Of a DNA stretch of 64,000 bases, positions 63,501 to 64,000 are shown piece after piece. The stretch is from Candidatus Dojkabacteria bacterium. GTDB taxonomy: Bacteria > Patescibacteriota > Dojkabacteria > SC72. Numbering within the stretch: the first letter of the stretch is position 1; each line of letters opens with the position of its first letter. The notes beneath the pieces were generated by a model, which worked only from the letters and a program-made list of their open reading frames with translations, made no database searches and was not told the DNA's origin. The stretch is from assembly GCA_040765985.1 (NCBI GenBank), contig JAXGRK010000002.1:9940-73939 (forward strand), given 5' to 3'. The position numbers and the translations under genes were made by a program.

Positions 63501-64000
63501 ACTCAATCTTATGTGCATTAATTGTAATTGGTTTAAGTTCAATGTTTGCGAAATTAACAATCTCTTTCTCTGCAGGTGTCACTGTAAAGTTCTGACATAT
63601 ATCAGAGACATTTTCCCAACCACTTTGTAAGGTTTCCATTACAGAGTAATCACCAGGTATTATTGAATTAAAAGTAATATCTCCTGAGCTATTAGTAACT
63701 CCTTGCATGTAAGGATCTCCTTGACAATCATTACCATTGTACAAAGACATTTCCCAACCACTTAGATTTGGTTCTGCTGGAATTTGTTCTTTATCTTCAT
63801 CTAAATCATGATATTTATGTGCAGTAACTGATCCAAATATTTCATTTGTATATATACATTTTACTGTCTCACCAGCTTCAACATTGAATGTTGTAGTTCC
63901 TGTAGATATGTCATATGTTGAGTCGATATCATCACAAGCAATATCTGTTAATCTATATCCTGATGTAGAGAATGGACTCTCAGATACAGTATATGTTCCA
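57550..64000 (-). CDS. Giant multidomain surface protein (SdrB/Cna-B repeats, DUF11-like domains, internal LPRTG); starts beyond window
   Basis: Frame stays open upstream of 63750; repeats such as GYKWSDINGDG...LGNWKI...GWYWFEDLKLGEYTVCEELQDGWVQTYP; C-terminal TM + RRKK. Confidence 0.92.
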   Translation of the reverse strand, partial: GTYTVSESPFSTSGYRLTDIACDDIDSTYDISTGTTTFNVEAGETVKCIYTNEIFGSVTAHKYHDLDEDKEQIPAEPNLSGWEMSLYNGNDCQGDPYMQGVTNSSGDITFNSIIPGDYSVMETLQSGWENVSDICQNFTVTPAEKEIVNFANIELKPITINAHKIECTNELELPNWGNGGDNIDENTALNWVKNHSSCSFKQGHSFQWGNEGPSSMNPGDNTGETTDTRWHTFGATDTNGLATIEIANKDIEGFNSIWMREVWNSDYIPFTYNIEGGNNSNNVTAEIYCHTDVLNYDNLDRIDGIENGETYYCVAWNVEANPEIEVEKSGPDYAINGENITYEYEVTNKGNVPLSNISVVDDKCNPVVYQSGDDGDNILENGEEWKYQCTTNILWTFPDSFTNEAAATGSFYDEETTDSDEFTLYPFTLRKDVLLYWDGDKIDYSDPETEFTVDIKKGDEVLGTETITESLPINLWLSEGSYKFCEKDLPEGYIQGYECIDYTTGQRYPDWSQINVITFDLAIDKIAPSVAYKGETITYEYEVKNGGPANVTPMVKDDLCTPVEYDSGDINMDGKIDSNETWKFTCDYKVTESGGSEVTNIAEVYDIEGESWNYDEWYLGGDRDIENNTDTETVKVKAGSIRVCKVALTPDGKITDGSELPGYEFSVKGLDVTTSQGAPVGVLPETSYSTPLDLNTDVYSSSEGNDLYCKTYSDLPIGHFYYSQETYSSPWNIPRYNDSNLNLNQAIDYSGQLFDEDPSNDGQRNTIGDGDILLTTSRADRTLLVVNQYPYSSIQGRKYYDVNINGNFDKEEKINKNKLDNWTINLYNQEWDVLGTMKTGDDTTDVGNVEKGQYRFENLLPGTYYVCEQPQEGWYQTEPYSGVQNPQDNSFCHTVVLGASEDKVGVQFGNYQGSDVKICKKNHNNKSLSGWDMVLASDKVDGPTALNVSNNSGSNSSNLPAGTYLIKVSGTYRYGNSQMIADAGYSFRPIGIPYGTGGWVSGLDLPSKGLMALINGSSVNWGAYNSSHEYTYVYDHLGGPINVSIYDDYYADNVNKDFRFEVYKVNEWAKGSTERNGCTTLEAIPYGEYILDEYLKEGWIDISGKGTPVVVDEMEENFTIKNRVNQPVTIEAMKVVCDNESYLPNWGRKGPAKITSNTAQNWVDESEGHCRLEPTWEFEWGYQGAGNPGDEYIGYGGEDWNTFSAVGEEGIAIAKINNLKGSRIELREVLQENYIPFTYNNNNNSDDFSAEFYCDKDVANYDNWEWLNRPEYGQTYYCVAFNTQSTGDIHGYKWSDINGDGERNCIGEEMYDDVRSLAQNRAMEQCELEPLLGNWKIFIDENENSQFDEGERYMLTDNEDHLGWYWFEDLKLGEYTVCEELQDGWVQTYPINEGNNCHTITLPDENPKGFLDQVNAVEGPTYKFGNLQKGSITVYKFNDLNANGVLDEGESFLSDWEINISKIEEEGYSQITDIDGSTKFSLLPDSYVLSESMKDGWDQTGIYCEDDREGVLITSPREAYGHHGACSGWNGCGDAQTCAQWACEVNGYSNLVSFGEQKTCPEFSDCNLFNSRGSIDMNWDNRPGCPVMGVTDIYCSNGAEVDRAISSPILENGIYNNNAYNLEVSSGDNRSCYIGNVQKSELYISKTNDSWPNTLAIGDTVTYTIKVRAEKSSVNNVILIDLPPEGFIPQSGTFRAISNVRGILDISAVKYSSPGKWELGKILVGEIVTITYKALVTDLVDAGKYPDLAYAKGIGIMGSNLLAISEGSGFEINDGIVGKYFVGTQVKVENDPEIEEGEVLGAAITLPRTGADTYITLGALISMILGFILLVFNPKKRIKNLFIAGVVLFSMFFILKPLPTYASVADIDVRIEQPVTPTNKNTFKIGFVALDLQNRTVTVECYKDGILFGTYATNSGNCEVTPALVTTSGTYDFYVKAKAGGDENISSTVSVEVVLEKPLPVINYAKTEGTCKYTLSFKTANDGRTSKVEIFRSSTQPFTANASTLIDTLTVGPNTAVTYADDDPLDCTKEYYYAIRALDDLGNFSSFVTDNIVTVIQGTTATTVTVNGETGEVAGEETTAGEEGEENPDQEEEDNGEVKGDEDEENGEDKDGEEDDTDETFWNKYKYVIIAAAVVVLGSAGYSYVRRKK
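60150..63535 (-). repeat. Two copies of a ~160 aa domain in the giant protein (~63045-63535 and ~60150-60625)
   Basis: Shared TI.A.K..C.NE..LPNWG, TA.NWV, NPGD, YIPFTY, AE.YC..DV.NYDN, G.TYYCVA.N. Confidence 0.85.

Noticed and set aside
60150-63535. Diversity-generating retroelement template/variable repeat pair
   Set aside because: Copies are similar mainly at protein level and diverged at all base types; no reverse transcriptase in the window

Overview
AT-rich bacterial chromosomal window (genetic code 11; no tRNA, rRNA, CRISPR, IS or integrase seen). Gene content suggests a Patescibacteria/CPR genome, probably Dojkabacteria/Microgenomates-like (inference from the short IF2 and AlaRS, no Shine-Dalgarno use, and PrgI/VirB4/VirB6-like genes in core context). 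In order: fusA-tuf plus the start of the S10 operon; TPR lipoprotein; Rpf-like protein; pcrA; a minus-strand envelope cluster (FN3, Cys-rich, VirB6-like, large membrane M23 peptidase, PGRP-SH3); rsmE/rsmF; dnaJ-nusA-infB-rpsO-pnp; a solute-binding protein; alaS-yqgF-mltG-LCP-holA; rpsT; lepA-recF; PrgI/TraC-like/VirB4; a protease-less Lon AAA+ module; folD-glyA-thyX-dcd-sufS; a sortase; and a >2100 aa surface protein running off the right edge. Many essential genes carry indels, densest at ~26.6-30.7 kb and ~55.1-56.4 kb; I read these as sequencing/assembly errors. Best leads: (1) a giant sortase substrate with an internal LPRTG followed by a second signal peptide (possible polyprotein); (2) a split, chromosomally resident T4SS-like system next to a Lon AAA+ module lacking protease domain and pore-loop Tyr; (3) altered guanine-specificity motifs in both EF-G and EF-Tu; (4) pervasive leaderless, SD-free initiation. 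All calls are by eye; no searches were run.
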